64,000 nt of DNA from an uncultured Methanoregulaceae archaeon (lineage in GTDB: Archaea > Halobacteriota > Methanomicrobia > Methanomicrobiales > Methanospirillaceae). Location of the stretch: positions 736,001 to 800,000 of the forward strand of contig OY970343.1 in assembly GCA_963717525.1 (NCBI GenBank). Reading direction: 5' to 3'. Below the pieces are notes generated by a model, which was not told the origin of the DNA, searched no databases, and worked only from the letters and a program-made list of their open reading frames with translations. This document shows, piece after piece, positions 43,088 through 53,532 of the stretch; positions within the stretch are counted from its first letter, which is position 1, and each line of letters begins with the position of its first letter. Made by a program: the position numbers and the translations under genes.

Positions 43088-43927
43088 TCAGGTGATTTCA
43101 AACCCGTTTTTCAACGTTATATCCGTCCCGTTAGCGGTCAGGACCACGTCCCATTTTCCTTTGGTCGCAGTGCTAGGAAGAACAAAATCACAGTTGATAC
43201 TCTTTGGAGATGGAGTATTGATTATGGCCTGGATGGGTTGTTTTTCACCGGTCTTCTGCAGACTTACCTGTGCTCCTGAAGGGAAGTTACTCCCGAAAAG
43301 TGTTACTCCGGATATGGTACTGCCCGCACTGCCAGTAGCCGGGGAAATACCACTGATATCGGGCGTTGGTGCCGCTCCTCCGGTAGTAGCGCCCTGAGTC
43401 TTTTTGGCCGTTAAGGCAGCATCCTTTGATGCAGCGCCACCGAAATAAAACCCGATAATGGTGGCAAATATGCTGGTAAGGCTGGTGAGTACGGTATTTA
43501 TCTCCTGTGCATTGTCCGATATAAGCACAATCAGAAATGCCGTAATCCCTATCACGAGAAGGATCGCGAACGCAAGGGTCCGCCGGGTAGTACCTGACAT
43601 ACCCTGTGGCAGTTGGGCTCCATCAATTATCTTTCCAATCAGTTCTTTTTTCGCATCATTGGATAACTGGGAATTCTGGATTTTATCCATCTTTTCCATA
43701 AGAACATTGTTTGTCCTGATTGCCCACCTCTGGTCGATAAGGACGGGCAAAAAAACCAGGATAAAGGTCAGTAAAATCAGAAAGATCAAAAATGCGAAAA
43801 CAACCTGCCACAGGTTTTGATTTACTGCGTTGAGCAGGTTGATAAGCGATGCCCCGGTGGTCGCGTTTGCCGTAACGTTTCCCGTACCTATCGCCAAAAG
43901 TGTGTGCGAAATTCCAAAGTCCTGCAT
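43088..43927 (-). CDS. Membrane protein with C-terminal IPT/TIG-like domain
   Basis: Three TM segments (..IIGFYFGG) then PDISGISPATG..TLFGSNF..GKWDVVLT. Confidence 0.7.
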   Translation of the reverse strand: MQDFGISHTLLAIGTGNVTANATTGASLINLLNAVNQNLWQVVFAFLIFLILLTFILVFLPVLIDQRWAIRTNNVLMEKMDKIQNSQLSNDAKKELIGKIIDGAQLPQGMSGTTRRTLAFAILLVIGITAFLIVLISDNAQEINTVLTSLTSIFATIIGFYFGGAASKDAALTAKKTQGATTGGAAPTPDISGISPATGSAGSTISGVTLFGSNFPSGAQVSLQKTGEKQPIQAIINTPSPKSINCDFVLPSTATKGKWDVVLTANGTDITLKNGFEIT

Positions 43928-44127
43928 ATCATCCCCCCCCGTGGGAATGGTGATCCATTTACTTTCGATATAATTAAGATTGCTATTTAGATTTATTAAT
44001 AATAATTTTTACATCACAATATCCCCGTAAAAATGGGATCGGTCTACGGATATTGAGGATCGCAATTCATCCAGGATCCACTGAGAAAATGTACATGTTC
44101 AGATTCCGATAAAAAATTAAAAAAAAT

Positions 44128-44739
44128 TCAATAACCCGTCTGCGGGGTCATGGTCATTGCCGAGTGCATAAACGGCAGGAAAAAGACCGCAAACAGATAA
44201 ACTGCGATGACGATGGGGATGAGGGCAGCTATGATCATCGCGAGTGCGGCCTTCCCGGTGCTGAGCCCGGCAAGCTCGCGGATGCCGATGATACAGAGGA
44301 TGAACGACCAGATCGCAAAAAGGATGCTCGCCAGTGGGATCCACCCCAGCACAAGAGAGGGTGTCACCCCGTATATGAATGCCTTCATGGTCTGGAAAAT
44401 CCCGTTCCTCCCACCAAGGATCCAGACCCAGAGGTGGATCCAGAGCCCGGCAATGAGCGTGAAAACAGCTCCGACAATAAGGATTTCAAAGAAGGAAATG
44501 ACCGGCATCAGCGTCATAAAGGTCGTCCCGAAGACCGGCATTGTCCTGCCGAAAATGCCAAATATGTTCAGTGCGGTCAGCATGATTGCGGTAACAATTG
44601 CGGATATGATGGCGAGAAACAGCAGGAGCACACCAAAATACACGATAACGGTCTTTTCCGTATCGTCCTGCGATCCCTGGAATGTGCCAACGGGATTCAG
44701 GATAATCCCCTTTACCCGTTCAAAGAGAGCGTATACCAT
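44128..44739 (-). CDS. Yip1-family membrane protein
   Basis: ILNPVGTF, LGGRNG..TMKAFIYG, GIRELAGLSTGKA. Confidence 0.8.
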   Translation of the reverse strand: MVYALFERVKGIILNPVGTFQGSQDDTEKTVIVYFGVLLLFLAIISAIVTAIMLTALNIFGIFGRTMPVFGTTFMTLMPVISFFEILIVGAVFTLIAGLWIHLWVWILGGRNGIFQTMKAFIYGVTPSLVLGWIPLASILFAIWSFILCIIGIRELAGLSTGKAALAMIIAALIPIVIAVYLFAVFFLPFMHSAMTMTPQTGY

Positions 44740-44945
44740 ACATGATCGAACGCCGCATCAATATTTAAATAAATTTATTCTCTTTTCTGCCGGGAGAAAT
44801 TCTCCCTCGTGCAGGGGGTCATCCCCTGCTCTCCTCGCAATTATGGTGACCCGGGCCGGCAAAAAAGAACAGGACCCCGGGATCTGGTCCGGAAGCCCGG
44901 CACAGAAATGTCAGGCAGATCACCGAAAAAGTGGGGGTGTGTCTC

Positions 44946-45629
44946 TTACATCTGGAAGAGAGCAGAGGACAGGAGTATGATCGCGAGAAGATAGAGGATG
45001 TAGAGAAAGACCGGGGTTCCCACGCAGATCGTGGCATTTTTCAGGGTCATCTGCCGTGCGTGTTTCATACCGTTGATCCAGCAGTATGTGCTCCAGAGCA
45101 GGAAGAGGATCGAGATGACCATGGTGATCCGGGTGAACTGCACCACGGTCGGATCGGTCATGAATATTCTTGTTGCGTTCAATACGGCCTGGGGATCTTT
45201 GAGCGATTCCTGCGATAACTGCGGCAGCGTGATTCGTGGAATATATACGAGCGCCACGGCGAGCGTCACAAGGTAGCCGAAAACCAGCGGAAGGAACCCA
45301 TACCCGATTGTTTCAAGGCTGCGGGAGAAACTGCCTTTACCTTCAAAAAGCAGGGAGATGAGGTAAAAGACACCCGTTGCAATAACCCAGTAGACGAAGA
45401 CACCGATAAAGGCACCGATAACAGAGATGGCAAACACAAGGCCTGTCCCGAAACCGGCCCCCTCCAGCATCTTTGAGGTCAGGGTGGATGTCAGGTAGCC
45501 GGACGCTGCGGCAAGAATTGCTCCGGCAAGAACGATGAGGGCTGGCCTGGCAAGATTTTCCTTATCCGCCATCCTTTTCTGGAAAAATGCATCAGGGTTT
45601 ATGAGGAGATCAATGAGTTGAGAAGCCAT
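44946..45629 (-). CDS. Yip1-family membrane protein
   Basis: LINPDAFF, GKGSFSRSLETIGYG, GMKHARQMT. Confidence 0.8.
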   Translation of the reverse strand: MASQLIDLLINPDAFFQKRMADKENLARPALIVLAGAILAAASGYLTSTLTSKMLEGAGFGTGLVFAISVIGAFIGVFVYWVIATGVFYLISLLFEGKGSFSRSLETIGYGFLPLVFGYLVTLAVALVYIPRITLPQLSQESLKDPQAVLNATRIFMTDPTVVQFTRITMVISILFLLWSTYCWINGMKHARQMTLKNATICVGTPVFLYILYLLAIILLSSALFQM

Positions 45630-45798
45630 AGATAACCTGAATTCTTTGTGTTTAATAAAATTTAGGTGATCTCCCGGGACAAATCTCCCGTTTAACGCCG
45701 GATTTTCTCTTTAACCCATTTTAAGGAAATCGCCGCGTTGGATTTCCCGGAAAGATTTTTTGCGCCCGGCCATATTCACGGGGCCTTTAGAGTTGGCT

Positions 45799-46293
45799 TC
45801 AGGGCTGTTTCTTCTTTAATTCGGCAGCAAAGATATGGAGGAACCAGCCGTTGAGGCTGTAGGTCAGGTTAATTGAGTTGCAGAAATTGGCAAGCAGCCG
45901 CTCCCGGACGTTGGGGGATCGGACCTGGTCTATCCGTTCGAGTTCATTATGCAGCCGGATCAAGGTGCCTTTTGGCAGCGTGCGGATCCGTTTCTCGAAA
46001 TACCGGATCTGCAGTTCTGTCATGAACCGGTCATGGCCGGACATTTTTGTTACGTAATCTGCAAAATACGGCCCGGTCTTCCGGATCAGGTCCCCGCGAA
46101 AATCGTTGAGCATAGCGCTGCTGGCAAAGAGGTTCCTGATCTTTGCGCGGATCTTATGTGCAAAAGTATACTCCCGCAGCTGGGCCTCGACAAAACCGGC
46201 ATATTCATCCTGTTCTTCCCGGGATAGCATACCCGGTACTGTGCGTGATGTATCGAAAAAATCTTCGGCAGATGCCAGTATATCTCCTGCCAA
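45799..46293 (-). CDS. Hypothetical protein
   Basis: 164-aa helical-looking ORF co-oriented with its neighbours. Confidence 0.5.
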   Translation of the reverse strand: MAGDILASAEDFFDTSRTVPGMLSREEQDEYAGFVEAQLREYTFAHKIRAKIRNLFASSAMLNDFRGDLIRKTGPYFADYVTKMSGHDRFMTELQIRYFEKRIRTLPKGTLIRLHNELERIDQVRSPNVRERLLANFCNSINLTYSLNGWFLHIFAAELKKKQP

Positions 46294-46359
46294 AAGTACC
46301 TGGTGACTGGCGATACCAAGAATCCCGTTTTCCCGGGGATGCAGCCGCGAAAAAGGGGG

Positions 46360-47766
46360 TCAGAACCCCGGCTGCTCGCATGCCTCCCACTTTGCAAAGC
46401 CGAGCCGGGCAAAAAATGCGGCAGGGGCAAAGAGGATGACAGCGCCAAGTGCGGCAAACGGGGCGGCGAACGCAACCGCGGAGAGGATGAGGAGTACGAT
46501 ACCGATCAGGACGAGGTACGTTACCATCACCTTCACGTTATAGACAAGGACGCTGGGAGAGAGGCCGGTTAGCCATACCGTGATCCCGAGGCTGTAAAAC
46601 GAGACCGAGAGGCAGAGCACGACAGCGGGGAGAAGGTAGAGCGCCTGCCCGGAGAGCAGGGCGGCGAGCGCCACAAAGACCACGGGAATCAGCTGGAGAA
46701 CCGAAAAACTCGCGATCTTGCTCTTGATGAGGGTACGGACGCTGATGGGGAGGCAGGCATAGGCCCCGAACGTGTCAAACATCGTCAGCCACGTGTACAT
46801 CGTCGACGCAATTATTCCCGTCACGATGGCAAATTCAAGGAGAACCCCGTAGGACGGAAGGTACCCGGTGAGGAGCGAGAGGAAGAACCAGATCACGACA
46901 AGCGGGATGGCAAAGGAAAAGAGCGTCTGGCCCACCATGCCCCCGCTCCGGTACATGTCGATAAGATCCTTTGCGGCGAGTGGAGGCGTGGGAAAGAAGG
47001 AGAGTTTTTTCGTGAGTGGTGTGAGCACATCAGGATAGTGTTTTGTTGAATCGGCTGTTTCGGGAGTAAAAAGCCAGATCGAGACCACAAAGAGGATCAC
47101 GATGGCCGCACAGGAGAGGACAAAGTTCAGCCACGAAAACGCGTTAAAAAGCATCAGCGGCGGAAAGAACCGGGCGGGATCCTGCCCGGTCAGGAGGGCG
47201 ATGGCCCCCGCGGCTCCTGCAAGGATAACAAGGATCGCGGCGAGCACCGGCTTCGAGCGCGAGTAGACCGAGGAGAGGAAGAAGACAGCGCAGAGGCCGG
47301 AAAGGAAGGAGAGCGTAAGGGTGAGGGAGAGGAGCAGCGGCAGGGTGACCGGGACACCGATAAAGGGGGATGCGAGCAGGAAACCGAGCGCAAGCGGGAG
47401 CACCCAGAGGACAAAGTAGTAGAGCGTGTCCTTGACGACAAAGTTTGCAAAGATGAAGCGTTCGGAGAGCGGCAGGCTCCGGGCCGAATAGGCCAGGAGG
47501 CTTGCCTGCCCGAACCGCCGGTTCATAACCTCGGCTCCAAGCAAGCCGAACGCACCGACCATGAAGCCAAGCATCAGGTAGTTTGCGTGGAGGACAAGCG
47601 AAAGCTCCCCGGCCGGGAGGGAGTGGCGCATCAGCGGGAGGAGGAACGATCCCATGAACGCGATCCAGAAGATGAGGATGGGAAAGAGCGCAAACGAGAT
47701 GCTCCCGAACATCGTCGAGTGGACCCGCCACTCCTCTTTGACCATCGCAACAAAGAGCTCAAGCAT
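46360..47766 (-). CDS. ABC transporter permease (multi-TM)
   Basis: About 12 TM segments. Start MLELF overlaps the ATPase gene. Confidence 0.8.
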   Translation of the reverse strand: MLELFVAMVKEEWRVHSTMFGSISFALFPILIFWIAFMGSFLLPLMRHSLPAGELSLVLHANYLMLGFMVGAFGLLGAEVMNRRFGQASLLAYSARSLPLSERFIFANFVVKDTLYYFVLWVLPLALGFLLASPFIGVPVTLPLLLSLTLTLSFLSGLCAVFFLSSVYSRSKPVLAAILVILAGAAGAIALLTGQDPARFFPPLMLFNAFSWLNFVLSCAAIVILFVVSIWLFTPETADSTKHYPDVLTPLTKKLSFFPTPPLAAKDLIDMYRSGGMVGQTLFSFAIPLVVIWFFLSLLTGYLPSYGVLLEFAIVTGIIASTMYTWLTMFDTFGAYACLPISVRTLIKSKIASFSVLQLIPVVFVALAALLSGQALYLLPAVVLCLSVSFYSLGITVWLTGLSPSVLVYNVKVMVTYLVLIGIVLLILSAVAFAAPFAALGAVILFAPAAFFARLGFAKWEACEQPGF

Positions 47767-48487
47767 TCCGGCTCCTCTGCACGAGATCGAGGAAGAAGTC
47801 GTCGAGGTGCCGGTGCCCTGCCACAAGGTCGGCGACCGTGCCGGCGTGGAGGATGTTGCCCTTGTGCAGGATCGCAAAGCCCGAGCAGATCTCCTCGGCC
47901 ACTTCGAGGATATGGGTGGAAAGGAAGATCGTGTTGCCGGCTTTTACGTACTCCGTGAGGTAGTCCTTGACGACACGCTGCATGATCGGGTCGAAGTTGA
48001 TGAGCGGTTCGTCGATCAGTGCGAGCTCCGGATTGTGGATGAACGCCTGTGCAAACATCAGCTTCTGCCGGGTCCCTCTCGAGAGATCCTTGCAGAGCAC
48101 GTCTTTTTTGTCCTTAAAATCAAGGAAATCGAACCACCACGCGGCCCGTTCATCGATGTCGGGGATCTTCCGGATTGCGCCCACGAACTGCAGGTACTCG
48201 GTTGCCGTAAGAAAACTCGGGGGTGTCTCCTGCTCGGGTATGATACCGACCCGTTCCCGGACGCCGATGGGATCCTGCCGGACATCAAGGCCGAGCACGG
48301 TTGCGGTACCGGCGGTTGGCCGGATCTGGCCGGTGAGCATCTTGATCATCGTCGATTTTCCGGATCCGTTCGGGCCCAGGAGGCCAAAAAGAGCGCCTTT
48401 CCCGACAGAGAGGCTGACACCATTGACTGCGACGAGGTCACCGTACATTTTGGTGAGGCCGGTGGCTGCAATTACGGGGGTGGTCAT
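47759..48487 (-). CDS. ABC transporter ATP-binding protein
   Basis: GPNGSGKST, LSRG, ALIDEP, STH. Confidence 0.93.
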   Translation of the reverse strand: MTTPVIAATGLTKMYGDLVAVNGVSLSVGKGALFGLLGPNGSGKSTMIKMLTGQIRPTAGTATVLGLDVRQDPIGVRERVGIIPEQETPPSFLTATEYLQFVGAIRKIPDIDERAAWWFDFLDFKDKKDVLCKDLSRGTRQKLMFAQAFIHNPELALIDEPLINFDPIMQRVVKDYLTEYVKAGNTIFLSTHILEVAEEICSGFAILHKGNILHAGTVADLVAGHRHLDDFFLDLVQRSRNA

Positions 48488-48671
48488 GGCCGGCCTCCCG
48501 TGGAACGGGCGAGGGAATCTGCAGTCAGTACAGGGGCCCGGGGCTTATTCCCCGGGTGGTTAAAGGAGAAATGTACAGTGCCGTTCATGGGTCGTTCACC
48601 AATGGGGTGGTGGTTGTCGGGTGACAGGATTGTCCCCGGTGTGTGGCCGGAGGGCCGGATCGTTACATCAG

Positions 48672-49323
48672 TCATGGTCGCCCGCGCCTCTTTTTCTTTG
48701 CCGTCCTGCCGGCCGCGGTGCAGGGTTCACCGGCATCCGGATGGGCTGCAAGGCCATTCCAGAGGAACGCGAGCCCCTGCCGGGTGAGGAGCGCCCGCTG
48801 TTCCGGGTCCGGGGTTGCCATGATCCGGGGGGCAAGAACGGAAAGGGAGGAGGCGAGGATCGAGCAGAGGAGGCCCGGGTCGTAATCATGGATGACGCCC
48901 TCCTGGATCCCATCCCGGATCAGCTCCTGCAAAAAGAGGAAGTGCGACATGCCATCCTCGTGCGCAGGGGGAGAAATAAAGGGAGAATGGGCGAACTGCT
49001 CCATGAACCGGAACTTGTCCGGGTTCTCCGTTGCCCACGTGATCGCGTTCTCCCAGACCCGGCAGAGTCTTTTGTTGTATTGCCGGTTCATGGGCGACCC
49101 CGGTTTTCAGGGCTGCACCTGCCTCGGACTTGATCTGCCGGTACAGGGTATCAATCAGCACCTCCTTTGTGGGAAAATAGAAAAAGAGCGTCCCCGTTGC
49201 GACCCCCGTTTCACGGGAGATCAGGGAAGTTGGAGTACCATGAAACCCGCGCTCGCAGAAGAGCACGAGTGCGGTTGCGAGGATCGCATCCCTTTTGTCG
49301 TGGGCAGGTTCCATGGCTTTCAC
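48672..49323 (-). CDS. TetR/AcrR-family regulator (apparent frameshift near 49085)
   Basis: [33 protein letters not shown]-terminal domain in 48672..49091. Confidence 0.85.
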
Positions 49324-49490
49324 CGCAGGAGCGCCTCCACCTGTTCCAGGGAGAATGACCCGCCATGGCCGGCATAGATTGTTGCCGGGTGTTTATCGAG
49401 AAGGGCCCGGGTGCCCCTGATCAGGAACGCATTTACGTGACCAAGCGGGATAGGGATGACCACGAAACCGGGAGCGGCCTGATCCGTCAT
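49320..49490 (-). pseudogene. Internally deleted MBL-fold hydrolase remnant
   Basis: 56 codons joining an MBL-type N-terminus (IPLGHVNAFLI) to an MBL-type C-terminus (IYAGHG). The HxHxDH core is missing. It overlaps both neighbouring genes. Confidence 0.6.
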
Positions 49491-50722
49491 GATGCTTCCC
49501 CTTTTGAGAAGAATGAGCGCACGCGGGATGCGGTGTTCATGCACCAGAGGCCGCCTTTGAGGACCGGCACAATAATGCCCATCATCCCTTCCATCTCGGC
49601 CTTCACGTCTTTCATGAGCCGGGGGATCGGCAGGTGCTGGGGGCAGGCCTTCTCGCACTTCCCGCACTGGCGGCAGAGACCGGCGTACCAGACGTCGCCG
49701 ATGAGCCCCCCGTGGTGGCCGATATACTGGAAGCGCGGGGCACGGTCGTTCGGGAAGAGGTGGTGCGCGTTGTAGAGCGCAAAGCAGCCCGGGATATCGA
49801 CCCCGGCCGGGCAGGGCATGCAGTACCCGCACCCGGTGCACCCGACCTTCATGAGCTGCCGGTAGGTCTCCTTCACCCGGTCGATTCGTGCAAGGTCTTC
49901 CGGGGGAAGCGATTGGGGGAGCGCTGAACCTGCGGTGCGGATGTTCTCGTCTATGTGGGCCTCGTTATTCATGCCCGAGAGGACGACGGTTACTTCAGGA
50001 TGGTTCCAGACCCAGCGTAGGCCCCACTCTGCAGGCGACCGTTTCACCGGGGCCTCGTCCCAGATCTTTTGTATCTCCTCCGGCACCGGGCCGGCAAGGT
50101 TCCCGCCCCGCAGGGGCTCCATCACCATTACGGCGAGGTTCTTTCCTGCCGCATATCTGAGCCCGGCCGTCCCCGCCTGGTTGTGTTCGTCGAGAAAGTT
50201 GTACTGGATCTGGCAGAACTGCCAGTCGTACGCGTCCACGATCTGCCTGAACGCGTCGAAAGTACCATGGAACGAGAACCCGGCGTTCCTGATCTTTCCC
50301 TCTGCCTTTGCTTTGTCGAGGAATTCGAGCACGCCGAGTTTTTCCAGTTTCTCCCAGCTCTCCTTCCCGAGACTGTGGAGCAGGTAGTAATCGATATGAT
50401 CGGTTTTCAGTGTCGCCAGTTGACCGGCGAGGATCCGGTCCATGTCGGCACGTTCGCGCACCGACCAGTGGGGCAGTTTTGTGGCTATCTTCACCTTTTC
50501 CCGGTAACCGTCCTGCAGCGCTTTGCCGAGGATCTGTTCGCTCTTCCCGAAATGGTAGGCCGGGGCGGTATCGAAGTAATTGACGCCCGAATCAATTGCG
50601 TGGCGGATCTGCCGGATCGTCCGCTCTTCATCGATGCCCCGGTTTTTTGACGGTAAGCGCATGCAGCCGAAGCCGAGGATGGAGAGCCGGTCGCCGGTTT
50701 TTGGGACAGTACGGTAGAGCAT
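49487..50722 (-). CDS. Aldo/keto reductase with C-terminal 4Fe-4S domain
   Basis: LGFGCMRLP, YFDTA..YH, MEPLRGG, CTGCGYCMPCP, CRQCGKCEKACP. Confidence 0.92.
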   Translation of the reverse strand: MLYRTVPKTGDRLSILGFGCMRLPSKNRGIDEERTIRQIRHAIDSGVNYFDTAPAYHFGKSEQILGKALQDGYREKVKIATKLPHWSVRERADMDRILAGQLATLKTDHIDYYLLHSLGKESWEKLEKLGVLEFLDKAKAEGKIRNAGFSFHGTFDAFRQIVDAYDWQFCQIQYNFLDEHNQAGTAGLRYAAGKNLAVMVMEPLRGGNLAGPVPEEIQKIWDEAPVKRSPAEWGLRWVWNHPEVTVVLSGMNNEAHIDENIRTAGSALPQSLPPEDLARIDRVKETYRQLMKVGCTGCGYCMPCPAGVDIPGCFALYNAHHLFPNDRAPRFQYIGHHGGLIGDVWYAGLCRQCGKCEKACPQHLPIPRLMKDVKAEMEGMMGIIVPVLKGGLWCMNTASRVRSFFSKGEAS

Positions 50723-50736
50723 GAGAACACCTGAAT

Positions 50737-50750
50737 TGACTGGTCAGTCA
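50737..50750. promoter_or_regulatory. Probable TetR operator
   Basis: Palindrome TGACTG-GT-CAGTCA about 15 nt upstream of the first gene of the AKR-MBL-TetR operon. Confidence 0.6.
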
Positions 50751-50925
50751 GTATGTAAGATGTTCCTGTTCTTTAATTTGCGCCCTGCCAGACTCCGCCG
50801 ACTCGCCGGGGGGATCATGACGGGTATTCAACAGACAGGAAACAGAAGAACTCCCTGTTCCTCAGTGCAGGATTGGCATATCCGGAAACGGTGGAAAAAA
50901 GGAAAAACGGTCTGTTTGCACAGCC

Positions 50926-53532
50926 TTAACCAACCGCGGGTTTCTTCCGGTCAATAGAGGAGGAGTATCTCCGGTAGAACCAGATTTTTGCGAGCTCAAC
51001 GAGGAGCACATACCCGACCACGAGGCACACGAGCACTGCAAAGAACGCGAGCGGGGGCTGCACAAAACCAAAGAAACTTCCAAGGAGGGTAAAGGGGAGA
51101 AGGCACCCGACCGCGGTTATTGCTCCTGCACAGAGTATCAGCAAACGGCTGGGCCTGCTCTTATAGAACGGCACCAGCCGGGTCCGGATGACAAAGACGA
51201 TCAGCGTCTGGGTGCAGATCGATTCCACAAACCACGAGGTCTGGAAGAGGGCAGAATTGGCTTCGAAGATGTAGAGCAGGATAAAGAATGTGATGAAGTC
51301 GAAGATCGAGCTGAGCGGGCCGAACAATATCGTGAAATCCTTGATGAACCTGATGTCCCAGGTCTTGGGGCTGTCGGTATACGAGGGATCCACGTTGTCG
51401 GTCGGGATCGCCACCTGCGATACACTGTAGAGGAGGTTGTTGAGCAGGATCTGGATCGGGAGCATGGGCAGGAACGGGAGGAAGAGCGATGCCCCGGCCA
51501 CGCTGAACATGTTCCCGAAGTTGGAGCTCGTGTTCATCAGGATGTACTTCATGGTATTGCCCACGGTCTTCCTTCCCTCGATTACCCCGTCGTGGAGGAT
51601 CCGGAGATCGTTTTTTAAGAGGATGATATCTGCCGACTCCTTTGCAATATCCACTGCGTTTGCAACCGAGATGCCAACATCGGCCTCCCGGATGGATGGC
51701 GCATCGTTGATACCGTCGCCCATGAACCCGACCACATGGCCGTTCTTCTTGAGGGCGTTCATCACCCGGTTCTTCTGGACCGGTGTCATCCGCGAGAAGA
51801 TGGTCACGCCATCGACTACCCTGGCGAGTCCCTCGGTATCAAGGTTTTCGATCTCGGCGCCGGTAAGAACCCCTTTTACGGGAACCCCGATCAGTTCGCA
51901 GGTCTTCCGGGTGACGAGTTCATTATCCCCGGTGAGGATCTTGAGATCAATCCCGGACCGGGCAAGGAGCTGCACCGATTCGCGGGCGCTCTCCTTGGGC
52001 GGGTCGATGAAGGTGATGAGGCCCACAAGGACCATCTCTTTCTCATCGTCTACGGTAAATTTAGGCTGGGCACCAGTCAGGTTCCGGTAACAGACCGCGA
52101 GCGTCCGGAAGCCCTGTGCGCTCTGCTCCTCGTAGATCTTCTGGATCCGGGCCCGGGCCTCTTCAGTCAGGGGCTGGACCGTACCTCCCTTTTCTTCTGC
52201 AGTACAGATCCGCAGGACCTCCTCAGGAGCCCCCTTGGAGATAATAACCGATCCATCTTTCCGGGCCGCAACGACTGATACCCTTTTACGGACAAAATCG
52301 AATGGGATTTCGTCGATCTTGGTGCAGTCACTTATATCGAGATGCCGGAACCGCAGCACTGCGTCATCGAGCGGGCTCCTGAGGCCGGTGCCAAAAACGC
52401 TGTTGATGTAGGAATACGTGAGCACCGTCTCGCTGTCGTTTCCCTCGGTGTCGAGATGGCGGACGAGCGCGATCTGGTTCTCTGTGAGCGTCCCGGTCTT
52501 GTCGGTGCACAGGATGTCCATGCTCCCGAAGTTCTGGATAGAGGCCGGGTGCTTGACAATCGCCCCCTTCTCTGACATGGCGATTGCGCCCTTGGAGAGG
52601 TTGAGCGAGAGGATCATCGGCAGGAGCTCGGGTACCATCCCGACCGCAAGGGCGACAGAGAACAGGAGCGAATTTAAGATGTCATGCTTGAAGAACGCGT
52701 TGACAAAGAAGACAAAGACCACGAGGAAGAAGACGAACTGGGTCATTAAATAACTGAAGTGCCTGAGGCCGCGTTCGAACTCCGTCTCCGGGGGCCGGGC
52801 CACAAGCGTCTTTGCAACGCTGCCAAACTCCGTTGCAAGGCCGGTCTTTGTGACCACAGCAGTCGCCGTACCGCTCACCACCGAGGTCCCAAGGAAGATA
52901 TAATTCTCTGCCTCGGTCAGGGATTGGGCCGGGTCCCCGACTGCGGGGTTCTTCTCTACCGGATAAGGTTCGCCGGTCAGGGCTGACTGGTTTACGTAAA
53001 GATCCCGGCCTCCGATCAACCGGGCGTCAGCGGGCACGATATCTCCTGCGGAGAGGGAGATGATATCACCGGGGACCAGATCGAAAATGGGCAGTTCCTG
53101 CACGGTCCCGTCCCGGAGGACCGTGGCATTGGTGACGATCTTCTTTCTGAGCAGTTCGGCTGCCTGCCCGGCCTTATACTCCTGGAAGAAGTCGATGGTG
53201 ACACTGATGAAGACGATTATGATGATGATCGCGGCACTGATGATCCCACCGGTGAATGCGGAGATTACTGCGGCAAAGAGCAGGATGATAACCAGGAAAT
53301 TCTTGAAATGCTCTAAAAACTGGAGGATGATCGGGCGTTTCCTGACCTGGGAGATGTCGTTTGGCCCGTATTGCAGTTTCCGGTCTGCTGCCTCCTGCGA
53401 GCTGAGCCCTTTTACGGAAGTACCAAGCAGGGTATAGAGTCTGTTCGACCGGAAGGGAATGAAACTGCTTGTCCGACCCGTCATCCTGTTTTTGATCCTG
53501 TTTTGTTTTTGTGCCAAGCATCCAGTCTTCAC
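50926..53532 (-). CDS. mgtA: Mg2+-transporting P-type ATPase (true start may be 53484)
   Basis: LTGE, VPELLPMI, DKTGTLT, PFDFVRKR, KGAPEE, TGD, GDGINDAP, SSNFGNMFS, LPFLPMLPIQILL. Confidence 0.93.
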   Translation of the reverse strand: MKTGCLAQKQNRIKNRMTGRTSSFIPFRSNRLYTLLGTSVKGLSSQEAADRKLQYGPNDISQVRKRPIILQFLEHFKNFLVIILLFAAVISAFTGGIISAAIIIIIVFISVTIDFFQEYKAGQAAELLRKKIVTNATVLRDGTVQELPIFDLVPGDIISLSAGDIVPADARLIGGRDLYVNQSALTGEPYPVEKNPAVGDPAQSLTEAENYIFLGTSVVSGTATAVVTKTGLATEFGSVAKTLVARPPETEFERGLRHFSYLMTQFVFFLVVFVFFVNAFFKHDILNSLLFSVALAVGMVPELLPMILSLNLSKGAIAMSEKGAIVKHPASIQNFGSMDILCTDKTGTLTENQIALVRHLDTEGNDSETVLTYSYINSVFGTGLRSPLDDAVLRFRHLDISDCTKIDEIPFDFVRKRVSVVAARKDGSVIISKGAPEEVLRICTAEEKGGTVQPLTEEARARIQKIYEEQSAQGFRTLAVCYRNLTGAQPKFTVDDEKEMVLVGLITFIDPPKESARESVQLLARSGIDLKILTGDNELVTRKTCELIGVPVKGVLTGAEIENLDTEGLARVVDGVTIFSRMTPVQKNRVMNALKKNGHVVGFMGDGINDAPSIREADVGISVANAVDIAKESADIILLKNDLRILHDGVIEGRKTVGNTMKYILMNTSSNFGNMFSVAGASLFLPFLPMLPIQILLNNLLYSVSQVAIPTDNVDPSYTDSPKTWDIRFIKDFTILFGPLSSIFDFITFFILLYIFEANSALFQTSWFVESICTQTLIVFVIRTRLVPFYKSRPSRLLILCAGAITAVGCLLPFTLLGSFFGFVQPPLAFFAVLVCLVVGYVLLVELAKIWFYRRYSSSIDRKKPAVG

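Noticed and set aside
1..49323. Many split genes (flaJ, ABCE1, rqcH, HEAT, ALDH, moeA, hypD, tetR and others) as pseudogenes or programmed frameshifts
   Set aside because: About 15 small indels, several in short runs or dinucleotide tracts, hit essential genes such as ABCE1 with no accompanying in-frame stops or consistent slippery motif. Sequencing or assembly error is the simplest explanation; read mapping would settle it.
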